This document shows, in pieces, positions 47,001-61,285 of a DNA stretch of 64,000 nucleotides. The position numbers were made by a program, and so were the translations under genes. This DNA comes from Mustelus asterias (taxonomy: Eukaryota). The notes beneath the pieces were generated by a model. It searched no databases, had not been told where the DNA came from, and saw only the letters and a program-made list of their open reading frames with translations. The first letter of the stretch is position 1, and the number at the start of each line of letters is the position of its first letter. The stretch is from contig NC_135808.1 in NCBI RefSeq assembly GCF_964213995.1, positions 85,994,001 to 86,058,000 on the forward strand. Reading direction: 5' to 3'.

Positions 47001-48172
47001 AGGGGAAATGCTGAGGAAAATGCAGAGGTGAAAAGTAATTACAGACACCATAACATTAGTCAAGCTTTGAACATTATTCACTGTGCCTCTGTTAATATTG
47101 GGCCTTTCCCCATCTTCTAAGGAATGCAATCTTTCTTTGAACACATTGATGAAAAAAGATTGTAATCTGTTTCTAATTGGGAAGTCTGTCTCACGCAGCA
47201 GTACAGCTAGAATAAGGTGCAGAATGCAGTAACATACCTAATCCATTTTAGTTATAAAATTATTCATATTAGACAATTGTATTTAAATTGTAAAATATGT
47301 ATACACACAATCAAGGAATAAAGCATTTCTGTCTCTGAGAAAAGTCAGTTGTTTAAATTTATTATGTTAACTCTTCAGAGAGAAAAGTGATCAGCATAAA
47401 TGATCCTTAATTTGTTTTGTTTTTCAACATCTACAAGGCAAAAAAAATTAAACTTCACAGAATGGCTCTGAAGATTATTGTAAATCATCTTCCAAACCAC
47501 TTTTGTTTCTCACTCACTTTGTGCAATAGAGAGGGCAGATAATGCATTAGCTCATAATTCTAGATGTTCCTGATAATATGATTTTACTAAATGTGTTGAA
47601 AGTTTCTGGCAATGGTGTAGGCGGGTGCTAAAAGCAGATTATATTCTCTGATGAAACGGGGACACCATCTGTAGTTAATTTACATAAATATGCACAGGGC
47701 ATCCTCCATTTTCTGTCACTTCCCACATCAGTTGAAATGATGTCGACAATGTAAGCTTGCAGACAAAAGATTTTTTTTTGCCCCTATAGATGAGACTAAT
47801 CTGAAGTAGCACCCCACCCCCATCCCCAGCCATCCAAGAAGCCAGAGCTATTCATAATTCATAAGTGCTGTGAACTGCACACACTTGTATGGTTTCTGGC
47901 TCCATGTGACCCCTGATTTCATTATCTCAATTCTATCAGTGCAAACGCGCAGATACTATCCAAGGATATATTGCATAGACTGGATTTTCGCATACAGTGA
48001 AAGGACACTGTGATTTTTATATTGGAGATAAATTTACTTCAAATGTTAAAGCTGCTAATGAAACATCTACACCTTTTGATTTTTACTACTGAAATTGTGC
48101 GTGTGGAATTGTCCAGCTAGATTGCTTCTTTTGTACACGGCTGTTGTTGCTCCTGTTGTCAAGTGGGCCAAA

Positions 48173-48220
48173 ATGCCTGAAGCAAACTATTTGTTGTCTG
48201 TTTCTTGGGGTTATATTAAG
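48173..48220 (+). CDS. PDE4B: PDE4B super-short isoform (PDE4B5-type) first coding exon
   Basis: Exactly MPEANYLLSVSWGYIK, the 16-aa N-terminus known from mammalian PDE4B5/PDE4D6; Kozak-like ccaaaATG; donor AAG|gtgagt in phase 0. Confidence 0.95.
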
Positions 48221-49399
48221 GTGAGTAGATTTATCTCAAAATTACAGGTGCATGTGAATCCTTGTTTTTGTTGTGAGATATGTGGTTGTAAGTTCAAATG
48301 CAGAAACCTTTGTATCAACAACATGTTTTCATAAATTGACAATTGACTTAAATATATGTGTGCATATATCTTGCTTTTTAAAATTTAAATGGGTGTCTGT
48401 AAAGTTGGGATGTCGCAAATAAAATGTTATCTCTTAAGAGAAAAGGAGGCATCAAGAGATGAGCAAAGATGGACTGATCAGGGAACCCCAGCAAACATCA
48501 TAATTTTAATTTAAAACTTCTTAGTAAGACAATGCACTATTAGAACTAACGGTGTGACATAGAGGAGGGGAGACTTTTTTTTCTATTACTATTAAACTTC
48601 CTGTGCCATAAATAATGTATCTTTATAATATCAGTTGTGAGACGAGTATTACCAATTCACAACTCCCTTTCAGATGCATATTTTAAATTGCCAGAACTTT
48701 CAGATTTTGTTTTTTCATAGACCAGTTTTGAATCTAATCAGATTCAGAAAAAAAAGGAGAAAAAAGATATCCTGCAAAGTTCATTATGCATACTTCAAAT
48801 CAAAATCAATCCATCTTTTGAAGTAGAGGGCGGTGGATTCTAAAATTAAACAGCTGTATGATCTGAATGAATTTATTAAAATTTTAAATCCATACTTCTT
48901 CAACCAAAATTTTATATAAATCTTAAAATATAAAATGTAAACACTTTGTCCTGTCATTCCTTGCCTTTGTTAAAATTAATTCAGTAGACCAATATGGTTA
49001 CATAATTAGAATCTCACTGCTTTATTGTGTAGTAAATGTTTCTTTATGAAAGTCAAATGCAACTCATTCTCCACTATAAACTATTTTATATTCATATTGA
49101 ATATTTAACTGTTAATGAAACTGTCTGATAATTATTAAATGACAAAAATTTTTAAAAAATGAAACTTGATGTGTTTTGGAATATCAGCTTTTTTCTTGTT
49201 AAGTCTCTAGGTTTACACTGAGCGTAGTTAAACTCTGTGAATGTTTTGAAATGTGACAATAAACAGGAGATTTCACAATTCCTTCCATACGTACTTTCCA
49301 TGTTCAATCGATTTAGCAATGAGAAAATGTGATTCAAAAGCAACATGGAATGGTTTACAAGAAAGTGGGTACTGATTCCTGTGTTTGTCTTGTCAACAG

Positions 49400-49493
49400 T
49401 TCAAAAGAATGCTGAATCGTGAGCTCACCCATCTCTCGGAGATGAGCCGCTCTGGTAACCAAGTCTCCGAGTTCATTTCCAACACCTTTTTAG
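49400..49493 (+). CDS. PDE4B: PDE4B common exon (UCR2 C-terminal half), 94 nt
   Basis: tgtcaacag|[32 protein letters not shown]|gtgagt; phase 0 to phase 1; too short for the ORF track. Confidence 0.97.
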
Positions 49494-50387
49494 GTGAGTC
49501 TATCTAGTAAGCCACCTTTCCATTACACCACCTGAAGAGAACACAATATAAAAATAGTAGCAATACCAATATTCATAAAGATTAAGAGTTTTTTTTAAAT
49601 AATTAATATATAGAAGTTTTTTTTATTGCTACAACATATAGCTCTGGATAGCACCATCATTTCCGTGGTTTCAAGATTTCTCAATTCCTGTAAATGGTTG
49701 ATGCCTTATGTGTAATAGCCTTTTCTAAGAAGATCCTTGAGACCCAGCAAATTTTGGAATTATACTGAAAGCTGAATCATTGCTAGTTTATTTTTTTAAT
49801 AAGTTTTATTGCTGGGTCCATCGCCACAGTTACACCCTAAAAAGCCCTATTCACAAAAGAAAAAAGCGAGCATGAAGTTCTGGCATAGTGGACACCCAAG
49901 AACAAAGAGCAGCAGCAGATTATGTTCCATTATCTCGAAATATACAACCTGATGTTCAGTAATCAGAAACCAGGTAACCCCCCCACGTGGAGGAATTATC
50001 AAAAACAGGGTTCCCTCTAAAACTACAAACAGACATCACACACTGATTGTTATTTTCTTTATCTAAAATACTGTTTTGACAATTTTCTTTCTGAACTTTC
50101 CTCTTTTAGTCTTCGTGATCAACAAATATGGCATCCTGTAGAGCATTCCACGTCTCTTGTGTTGAAATCAAGACTGATTACACTATCTATTACACTAACG
50201 CTCAAAACTTAGTACTGCTCATCTTCCTTTCCCCTTGTTATGTTGGTAATTTTCAACATCATTGCCTTGTTACACAGGACCCCATCCCTTTACAGACCCT
50301 GCTGATTTTCATTCCAGTGGTAATACAAGAGGCAGACAATCCACTCTGCCAAGTTTCCACCCAGACCACTACGTTGAAATTCATCAA

Positions 50388-50567
50388 AGTCCAAAGATGT
50401 GCGGGTTAGGTTGATTGGCCAGGTTAAAAATTGTCCCTGAGATGTGTAGTTAGAGGGATTAGCGGGTAGATATGTGGGGGTGGGGCCTGGGTGGGATTGT
50501 GGTCGGTGCAGACTCGATGGGCCGAATGGCCTCCTTCTGCACTGTAGGGTTTCTATGATTCTATGAT
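50388..50567 (+). mobile_element. HE1-like SINE, 3' half
   Basis: Matches the 3' half of the 26910-27253 element; tail ttctatgattctatga. Confidence 0.88.
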
Positions 50568-50654
50568 CACCACAACCTTTTACAGTTCAAGCCTGGAATA
50601 ATCTAATCATTGCTTCTTGATTATCTAGTCTTTTCTGAGCTGATCTTTTTGGCT

Positions 50655-50950
50655 GAGAAGTTAAACCAAGGTACTGCCTGCTGCTCAGCTAAATGTAAAA
50701 CATCCCAAGGCACTATTTGAAGAAAAGCAGGGAGTTCTGACATTTTCCTGGCTAACATTCCACTTTCAACAAACACCACCAGGAACAAAAACAGATTATC
50801 TTGTCATGTATTCATATGCTGCTTGTGGAATCCTCTCATGTGGAATTGGATGAAACCTTTGGTACACATTAACAGCGAGGGTACTTCAAAAGCATTACCC
50901 ATAAAAGCATTTTGGCATACTTTAAAGACATGATTAGTTGTTGCACAAAT
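50655..50950 (+). mobile_element. Old Deu-domain SINE remnant
   Basis: gttaaaccaagg...tgtaaaacatccca.ggcactatttgaagaa.agcagggagttct...ctggctaacatt. Confidence 0.55.
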
Positions 50951-53749
50951 AGAAGTTTTTTTTTACTCTAACCCTGGCTCTATCATGTAGAATGAGCATT
51001 GGCTATTGTCAACAAACAGAAAGTGAGTGGCCCAGAACAACATTGACTGCGACCTGGAAACAGTTCTCTAGGAAATAAGCAAACCAGAGATACCAAGGAA
51101 TGGAGAAAAATAAGTGTGTGCGCAGACCCAAAATTATAAGAAAAACTGATATATTTAACAACTTATCACATTCTGTGCTGTTTTCTGCCATTAAAATATT
51201 GAGCATCGCAAACTATCATTTTTGGAATTATGGTGAGAATTTTAATCTCTGGATAGGAATTGTTTAAGGAAGTGAGAGCAGCAACTAGTGGACCAGCCTA
51301 ATGAACATACCACTGCTGACTGGAAGGGGAAGGTCTACATTTTCCTTGTGATTCTCAGAAGAGCACTCTTGTCATCCTGGCCCTACAAGAGGAAGTTTTA
51401 AACTTACCTATTTAGGTCTGAAAAATCAAGCATTTTCAAATTGAAACAGAGCAGATATTTTAGCCATTCCATTTTAACTGCCCACCTATGTGGTTGCCTG
51501 CTTGGCTTTCACCAGCAAAGAGGAGGAAAAATTTCAGCCTTTGCAGAATGTAAACGGATTACATTATATTGGCATATAATTCCCTCAAGGCTATCCGCAG
51601 CTCATCACCATGATTTCATAAGGGGAGCCTCCTGTAAAGATACAGCAAGAGAACAGAAGTTGAGAAGAAATCTTGGTCCTTTAAGAAAGCAAACGTTAGT
51701 GCTGGAAAGGTTATGAAATGCATTTAACAGTTTCTGAGTTGGGTTACATACCAGGGTGGTACTGATAAACATTGGATTTCATATTACTCTCTTATTTTTC
51801 TATGATTTTGTCCTGAATGTATCCACTCTTGTTTTTCTGTGTCCTGCCAAAGTCATTCTGCAGGACAGTACCAAAGTTTAATAGAGTGCAGAAGGAACTT
51901 GTATATATGTAACAACTAATCACATCATGACCTGGGCAACAGCTTTTGGATGTCCTCAAGTTTACCAAGGGTAGAATGTGGGAGCTTAGTCACTACCAGC
52001 TAGATGTTTTTAATCCTGTGCAAACAAATTCACGTTCAGTTCTGAAGTACACAAAGGCATTTTCAGCTCCAGACCTTGCAATAGAGAACAGAATAGAGTA
52101 TTTCCACATCCTTTTTCAACTTAAAGTAATTCTACTCTTTATAATATGTAATATATAATTAAAATTAACCAACATGGTAATATTCTGCCAAAGGTTCGTA
52201 TGAAAAAGGCATAGGTCAAATATTCACCATAGAGGTGGGAATCTCAAGTTGGGAAGTATCCTGACCCAGCAGACCCATCTCCATGGAAACCACGATATTT
52301 GCTCTGGGGAACGGGGGAGTTTTTGAGACAGGCATACTGCCTCTGGAGGCAGGTCCTGGACCACCATAGGCAACTGCCGAGGCAGACTGATTAGCAAGTT
52401 CTCTGAGACTTCAGCCCAGTTGCACAAAAGACTGTAAATCTTTTAGCCCTCATCATTCATTCCCCACCCACCCTGCTACCTCCATACTGCTGCACATCAC
52501 CCATGCCACCTCCTTACCCTACTCATAACCCACCATGCCACTTCCAAAGTATCTCACCCGGTGTCCACAATGGGCAGACTTCAGGGACCATGTAGAGATG
52601 GAAAAAAAGATCTAACAATCTAAGCAAGAGCTCTCACTCATGCACACTTGATACTGAAAAATATAATTCATAAAACCCATACAAAAATGTAAATCTCCCC
52701 AAGTGATCAATCTGTTGTAAAAATATTCAAACCTCTATTCACAAAACATACCAAAGTCATCTAATTCTATAATAGCCTCTTAAAACTACCAATCAAATAT
52801 GAACTCAACTCCCCTGCTGAGATAAGTAGTTTTGGAGTATTTGAAACACAGACAACATTCATAATGGGATCATCTGCAATCAAGTCCAATAAAGCCCTTG
52901 GTAAACCTTAACAATTAAGTTGATTGGAACTATAGGAACAGGTGGCTATGTTTTTCCAAACTACGCCAGATGGGCTGTCAATCAATGCAGTCGATGTCTG
53001 TTTTTATGCTTTAATAAATAGCTGCCGCCTTCATTTTTTCATTTTTAAAATGTTGGGGATTTAAGTAACTTCAGAATATGACTCATAAACATATCTTATC
53101 CACATTTCACAAGCATTTACACCTCCTTCATAAATTTGTGACTCCCAAGTTGTGGGTTAAGGTGCTTGGAACATCAAAAATGGGGACTGTCTGAATTCTG
53201 CACTAATTTAAAATGCGCTGCTGAGTGGTGTTTCCCACCTGAGTGATTCATATTTTGTTCCCTTCCCCCACTGGCAGGAATGCAATCTGCCAGAGATGAA
53301 GGTGGCAATTCCACATCTGGGTCCCACCAACCATTTTTGATGGCCTCTGGATTGGCTCAATGCTGGGAAAATCCAGCCCCAAGGGCCCAATTTTACCATT
53401 TTGATTCTAAGTGCTGGGCGGACTTGAAACTGGGAGTGTTTCAGATCCGATGTTTAGACCCGCTCTGAGGTGCCCCATACACACTGCCTACAAAAATATC
53501 AGCGAGTCCGAATTGCGCTGCACAAGCCTGTGGGTGGGGCTTAACGCGCCCGAAAGCCTGCAGCTCTGATCGCTGCCTCCAACTGCGCACGTGCAGAAAC
53601 AAACGATAGAATGCTGCTCCCCTGCCATATCCCCCCTGGGCTGGATAATGCCTCCCCTGGCCCCCAGAGACATTGCCCTCCCCACCCACAACATTACTGA
53701 CTTCCTTATCCCCCTGCCACCCAGACCAATCGCAGGCCCCTTCTCCCGC

Positions 53750-53890
53750 GCCCCCCACCGATCTCAGGCAGAGTGGCAGCGGACCCCCCTTACACCCCCA
53801 TTGATCTCAGGCAGAATGGCAGCAGACCCCCCTTCCCTCCCCCACCGATCTCAGGCAGAGTGGCAGTGGACTCCCCCCCACCCCCCCCAT
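53750..53890 (+). repeat. Three ~40-bp C-rich tandem units inside a GC-rich interspersed repeat (~53383-53900)
   Basis: cccca(c/t)(c/t)gatctcaggcaga(g/a)tggcag..gac(c/t)cccc occurs three times. Confidence 0.8.
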
Positions 53891-56800
53891 CGGGCCCCAT
53901 ATCTTTGCAATATTTTATGTTGGTAAAAGGTTAATTTCCCTTGCCTTACTTATCCTGAAATGGTGGCATCTGCTGTAATATTTTTCCTGGGTACCTTTTT
54001 CGTATTTTCTCTATTGCCCATTCTTCATGTGCAAGCCTGGATGGTAAGTGACCAATTTAACAATCAGATCAGATCAGATCAGACCTGGTCCTATCTTCAT
54101 CTGACACCCACAAATATTCATTAAAGTAAAGGGAAGAAGAAAGACAAGAGATCAAGAGCAGAAACATTGGCTGAATATTTCTCTTCTTGGTGCAGCAGCA
54201 ATGAGGCCGATTATACGTTACCGCCCTAAAGAAGGAATATAAATTTTATTCATATATCACCTTACCACATCTCTCAGAAATCACCCCAAACATTCCACAT
54301 CCTACATTTTATACTGAATGACGTTCACTGATGTTGTGTAGCCAAACGTCCTAATTAAGATAAATTCATTGCAGGGTAGGGTTCAAATTTGGGCCTCTTC
54401 TGATCAGTGTGATTCAGTGCCACACTAAACCATTGAGAGTAAGTCACATAATATTTTTATTTTTTACTAAGAATACAAAATTGTAGTAAAAATCTAATAT
54501 AAGCACGCTTATAAAATGTTGGGGTGAATTTTGTGGAGTGGGCAGAAATGCCACCGACAGGCAGGAAGTAACCCTGCTTTGGCGGCTGGCAAGAGCTGGG
54601 TGGCATTTGTCGGCAGTGACTAATTAGGCTGCTGTTCAATTCAGGACACAGCCTGTCCCCAAGTGCTACTGGTGCAATCGGAGAGCGAGCAACTCAACAG
54701 CCTCAACAATGCCACAGCAAGTGTCCAACACTGAGACTGAAGCTCACTAATGCCCCTTAGGGAAGGAAATCTGCCGTCTTTACCTGGTTTGGCCTACATG
54801 TGACTCCAGAGCCACAACAATGTGGTTGATTCTCAACTGAGGGATGGGCAATAAATGCTGGCCAGCCAGCGACACCCATATCCAATGAATAGAAAAAAGG
54901 AAGAGGGTGCCTCAATGATGTGATGCACTTGAAGAGGAATACTGTTCCGGGAAGCCAGGGCCAAGCATTGAGGCCCTGGCAGTCCGGGGTGGGAAGGGAG
55001 GGGTACAGGGAAAATATTTGTGGTGGAGACTTCTGTGAAGAGACATCCCATCCCTAGATCCCACTGGGATGCTGCCAGGTTACGCTTGGCGGTTTCCCCA
55101 CTTTGCAGCAGGTGCGATGTGGGCAAAATGCCTGCGGATTCAGATGCTCCGGCAGTCAGCAAATCCACCAACTTTCAAGCCACTGGTAATATAGGTGGGA
55201 AGACATCAGGTACACCTCCCACCCCAGCACCCTATCATTTTGCCAGCCTGTCTGCCTCCTAGCCCATTGTTAAAGGATTGGATAATTTTGCTAATTATTT
55301 AATTCTCACCCACATTTTCCATCTGTGTAAGACATTGGACATGGAGTAAATCAAACCTGTTCATGAAGCAATAGCTTAACATGGTGCATTGTACTTCATA
55401 TGGCACATCTTTGCAGCACACACAGGTGTTCAAAGGTACCTTGTTTAACATAAAAAGTGAAGACACAAGACTTGCTGGAAATCAGTCTTTTCCCCTTTTA
55501 GCTATCCAAGCACATACTACACTAAGTTATAGAATAGTTGATTAGCATCAATAGTATTGACAACCCCTCACTAATGGATTTTTGCATGTATTGTTTTGCT
55601 GCTGCACTTCATTTACCTTTGTGAAGCGATTTACTTGACAGGCTAGCGGGAAAATAGTTCAATTTCCTTAAAATCTCTGTGAAAGTGCGAACACCTAATT
55701 TGAGTTTAAGTCTTCCTTTAGCCATCCCAAATCTGTTAATCCCTGTCAAAGTGCTCCTAGAGGCTTCCTTTTTGATGCATTTATTGACCAGCATAACATC
55801 AATTAATTGGTTCTTATTGCCTCCGGAGTTGCTATTTCTAAGTACTACCAAGTGACACTTGTAAAATATACGTGCTCATATGTGGGACAAAAGATCGGAT
55901 CATAATTTTTTCTCCAAAAATATACTTTATTCATAAAATTTATAGAAGTACATTTCATGATAGTTCAATGTTGGCATTACCCAAGTGCAAAACGGAGCAG
56001 TTTCTATTGGTAAAGTATGTGATAATCTGAGGTGCTCACTACACATAATTCCAGCTTATATTTACAATATTCATTTCATGTCAAACTCCTCACAGCCTGA
56101 AGGGTTTATCATGGTGTCCAACCCCTCAGTATAATATGGCGGAAATGAAAATATGATCATAATGTCCCCATTGTTACTCAATGTCCAGGCATGTATGGGA
56201 AAATAGACACTTGGCCAGAGGGAGCTTCCTTGCACCAACCTTCCTTGCACCAACAAGGAATCAATGCTTTGGCACAGAACAGAAATTTAGCAGAAAAAGG
56301 ACGAGGGAAAAAAAAGAGATCTTTAACCATATATTCATAAAGGTTTTACTATAAGTTTGGAAATACATATTTTTGAATAGAACTAGTTTGCCTGATATAT
56401 TAAAGGTGCTAAAGAATTATTGGATAAATACCAAGAAAGTCTTATGAAATGGTTTGATCCTGAACTCCATAAGTTAGAAATTTGCAGTAGTCAAAATGAG
56501 TAATATTGCTTGATAAAAAGAATAGTGTTAATGGATGTAATGATTGCTGCAGGAACACCATGGGGCAGCTCTTTAGGAAACCTAGGTAGCACATACAAAA
56601 ATGTGTGTCATGGTTTGAATTGGATCATTGTGTAACAGAAAATAAAATGCTTCTTCTGACTTGGCTTCATCCAGAGTAGTGAATACCACAATGCCAACCC
56701 CATTCATCTCTTTTTCAACATTTTCCTTTTTGTCCCATGAGGGAGATGTCTGTTTCAGCAGTATAATTCCAGAAGTAGCAACAGTACTAGGGTACCAAAC

Positions 56801-57039
56801 CCGTTAATGATTTCTCAAATGTGTGCTGAGATATTGAGCTTCAACAGGCAAATGAACATGAAGGCCATCACAACCCAGCATTAATCTATTCTGTATGACA
56901 TCTGTACACCTTTCATCAGGTGATGAGCAGAAATTACGGTTGAGTTTTTTTTCCTTCACCAGCATCATTGAAGCCATTATACCACTGCCCCAATATCTGT
57001 CCTTACTAAAATATAATATCAGAAATATGCAATAAGTCT

Positions 57040-57485
57040 ACCCGCATCTGTTGTGAGAGAAATGGAATTAATTTTTCAGGGTCAATTACATTTTATCGCA
57101 ACTCTGATGAAAGGTCATTGACTTGAAATGTTAATTTAGTTTTATTCTCCACAGATGCTGTCAGACCAGTCCGTTATTGTGGGCTTATCTTAGGATTTGT
57201 TGGCTTCTTACTCGAGAAGAGATCTTACTGGAGGCGATAGTCTTTTGTTCAATAACATTTATTTACATGCTAACAATTTAAGAAGGTTAAATAAGACCAA
57301 TACATAGATGGAGCCACTCTCTGAGATACTTCACACTCTTCTCTGCTCAGTGAGTCACTTTGGATGAGCTCCTTTCACACATGCTCAGTAGCTTTCATTA
57401 GAGTTGACTCTTTAGTCTGCAACCAGTTGAGTATTTCCAACATTTCCTCTTTTGTTTCAGGTTTCCAGTAACCACAGTATTAATG
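57040..57485. mobile_element. Palindromic PLE-type terminal element with a decayed hammerhead motif, interrupted by a ~250-bp insert
   Basis: gcatctg..g.gaga / tctccacagatgc inverted arms around actCTGATGAaaggtcattgacttGAAAtgtta (57101-57133); accagt duplicated at 57165-57170 and 57422-57427. Confidence 0.5.
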
Positions 57486-58059
57486 TTTAACTTACCCTCA
57501 CCTCTCCATCTGTGTGCTGAGATCAGCTAGCTTAGCAGAGGCCACGGGCTGTTATGTTCTGTATGCCCTTTCAGTTCTGCTTGTGGAGTATATAAATTAC
57601 ATTGCTCCTGTTTATGGTGCTCTGCATTGTCACAGTTTCAAGATTGAGGTGTATTTTTTTAAATTACCAATATTTTCACAGTGGACTTTTGTACTATTTA
57701 TTTCATGCCTACTGAGGCCAAATCTGTCTTATGCTAGGAAGCCATGATGTGTACATGTATTAGATTCACATTCCTGCAAAGGGGAAGAACTCTAAATCCA
57801 TGACTTAATACCCTACCAGCAAATCTAATGTATGATAGCTCATCTTGTATATATTTTACATTAAATCCATCCCTCAAAGGAGTGACAGATGGCTTACCAG
57901 AAACAGATATTCTACCCATAGATCTATTTCCTTGTTTCCATGGAAAACAGGATGCAGTGATTCTTGTTTCATCTGAGAAACTCCAAATCTTCCTTTTGTA
58001 GAAACTTACTGTTCTTGATTTTTTTGAAAACCTATTCACTGATCGTCAAGCTAAGTACC

Positions 58060-58910
58060 CCTTACAGGAGGATATAGATGGGCTGATCAGTGACAATGGA
58101 ATTCAATCCGGATTAGTGTGAGGTGATGCACTTAGGTAGGACAAACAAGGCAAGGGAATACATGATGAATGGCAGGGTCCTAGGAAGCACTGAGAATCAG
58201 AGGGACATTGGTGTGTATGTACACTAATCCCTAAAGGTAGCAGGACATGTGGATAAAGTGGTTAAGAAGGCATATGGTATATTTGCCTTTATTAGCCAAA
58301 GCATAGATTTTAAGAGCAGGGAGGTTATTCTGGAACTATATAAAATGTTGGCTAGGCCACAGCTAGAGTTTTGTGTGCAGTTCTGGAAGTCATATTATAT
58401 GAGGGCTATGATAGCATTGGAAAGGGAGCAGAGGAGATTTATCAGAATGTTGCCTGGGCTAATGACTTTTAGTTATGAAGAGAGGTTGGATAGTCTGGGG
58501 GTGTTTTCCCTGAAGCAGAGGAGACTGAGGGGGACATGATTGAGATGTATAAAATTATGAGGGGCATAGATAGACAGGAAGAAACTTCTCCCTTTCGTGG
58601 AGGGATCAATGACTTGGGGGCATAGATTTAAGGTAATTGGCAGGAGATTTAGAGGAGATGTGAGGAAAAAAGGAAAAACTTTTCCACCCAAAGGGTAGTG
58701 GGAACCTGGTACTCACTGCCTGAAAGGGTGGTGGAGGCAGAGACCCTCAGAACACTTAAGAAGTATTAAGGTATGCACTTGCGATGCCAAGGCATACAAA
58801 GCTATGAGTCAAGTGCTGAAAAATGGGATTAAAATAGTCAGATAGCTTGTTTTTGACCAACACAGACTCGATAGGCCAAAGGGCCCTTTTCTGTGATGTA
58901 TACCTCTATC
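58060..58910 (+). mobile_element. CR1 3' fragment, decayed
   Basis: ORF 58249..58539 (DKVVKKAYG.FAFI...LEFCVQFW...RRFIRMLPG) plus a 3'UTR. Confidence 0.9.
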
Positions 58911-61285
58911 ACAATGACACTCAGCTATAGCTTGGCAGATTACCAGTTAATACATATTGTAAATCTGAATTTCTTTCTCTGCCCCAATTTGTTCCCCACT
59001 GGAATATGCCCTGGGGCTTCCCTCCTATTTTCATTGTTCAATGTCTGCTTACTGAGTTGTATCTGATTGGTATAGGTCAAGCTTGGCGCTGCCATAATTT
59101 AGTCAATTCAACTGTAGATTTATAAGTGTTCTCATTTGAAGATGATGAAGTACTACTGAGGCAATGCCATTAACCTTTCTTGCTGCTGCTTGCCAAGATC
59201 AGCACCCAATTTGATATGACAGCCCTGAGTAGGGAACTCCTCTGTGTAATCCACTGATAGTGTGTACTGGAGAGAAAAAAACATCCACTAATGTCAGTTT
59301 GACATGATGTTTCTGAATAGTGTCTTTGTGATGTGCTGCTTAGATGCAACCTAGTTCAGCTTAATTACTTTCTGTTGGAAGGGACTATTAAGTTAAGCGG
59401 GATTGTAGATAGAACCTATGAATTCCGATGCATAAATCATTCTGGTTGATTAAACACCACGTAGTCCAAGAATATAATAATCTGTCATTTTAAGTAATAG
59501 ATGAAAAACAGCAGCTGGGTGTCACCAATACAATATGTGTCTGAAACTGGTGGGCTCTGGTGCTGAATGTAAGATTTATCCAGACTCGGTAGATGTATTC
59601 AGTATTAAAAAGAGGTTATTGAATTTAATATGTAACTGTAATAAATTAAATGGTTCTCCTCAAGAACACAGTAAAGAAAAACATCAGAAGAGGAGATCTC
59701 GATTTAATTAATAAGCCTGATACATTGCCTAGTCCACATGATGCCATTCAGAATGTTAATGGGCATTTGTAGCTATAGCATAATATCCCTTTACTGCCTT
59801 GCCTTAGGAAATAGTCTTTTTTTATTTTTTTCACATCAGATACATCACAAAATTTTCAGCTGTAAGTAAATTGTGTTCCATTTTGGGATAGAAATGCCTG
59901 AAACGATGTTGACAGTGAGGTTACAATGTCATATTATTAGTATTTACTTTATAGAAGTCAGTTATTGCACAGTAGAGAAGATAAGATGTTCTAATCGGAA
60001 CCAACCTGACAACAAAACTGTTGATTTTCTTAAAATTTGTTGAATACTGATAAGTCATTTAAGAGAAGTTATAATAAAGAACTGTGATATCCATTTTGTG
60101 GAATTACCTTTCTTTTTCCTTTTTATGCTCTGAAAATGCTAGGCAGGCGAGAATGTAGCCCTTGTAGGTGCTGATATTCCTCCAACACTTTGATTGATTG
60201 GCTATAGGTAACATCATTGTCCTGCTGCATCCTGCCATCTCTAATGTTCACATATTTTTGAACAGGAGAGGTACTAGATAATGTGCAGGGGTGGGAATCT
60301 TTGCTGATTTTTGCTTTGTAGCCCATGTTAACATCCTAATGCTGTCCTGCCTGAAATCACAAGGCGAAAACAGTGGACTGAACTGTAATGCACCAAAACT
60401 TGAATAGCTTGCTGAGAGTGAGGAGTGACTTCAAGCAAAACAACAATGAGCAGTTGGTACCCATGAACACTAACACAAGTGTGGACCACTACCTTAAGCA
60501 GGGAATATTTGAAAAGCTTTTTCAAAATGTCATTGGGATTGTCTCACCCAAAATATTGATTTTTAGAAGGAAAGAAATGGGCTTGCATTTATATAGCACC
60601 ATCATGATCTCAGGAAAGGCCAGTGGTTTACATCAACTAAATGTTTTTGAAGCTTTAATATAATAAACAAAACTGTCAATGAGGCACAGCAAAGTCCCAC
60701 AAACAGCAATGTTATAATGTTGATTTTAGGTGGGATGAATAATATGCTTCATGACGACTTCCTGTCTGAGGTCCTGCCCGCCCCACTGTAAAATTGCCTC
60801 TGGGTTGGGGCAGGCGGGTTCCTGGAGAGAATTCTATCCATGCAATTTTATGCACCTCCCCACCTCAAAACCCATCAGTGGGACAGTTAAATTCTGGCCT
60901 AGGTGTGGTATAAAATGGGCAGCCAATCTGTCACCATCCCTTATGCCACCCTGGCAAAATTACATTCAGAATATCTAAATTTTCTTATTATATCCATGCT
61001 TATCCTGGATCATAGAGTCATAGAGGTGTATCGCACAGAAAAAGGCCCTTCAGTCCAACATGTCTATGCCAGTTAATGACAAACCACCCAACTATTTTAT
61101 TCCCATTTTTCAGCATTTGGCACCACTTCATATTTTTGTTTCCAGTGCAGCTTGAAAATTTGTCTCAACTTATATTCTTCACCTCTTGCAACATTTGGCT
61201 TCTGAAAGAAATGTTGCAGGCATCTTTTATATTTTGAATCCCTAATTTAAGCCAAAGTGTCTAATTCTCTATTCTCTCTTGATAG

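Noticed and set aside
53750-53890. CRISPR-like repeat array
   Set aside because: Eukaryotic context; only three degenerate units separated by C-runs rather than unique spacers; no cas genes.
57934-57948. RFX-like palindrome gtttccatggaaaac
   Set aside because: An isolated short motif with no supporting cluster or conservation evidence.
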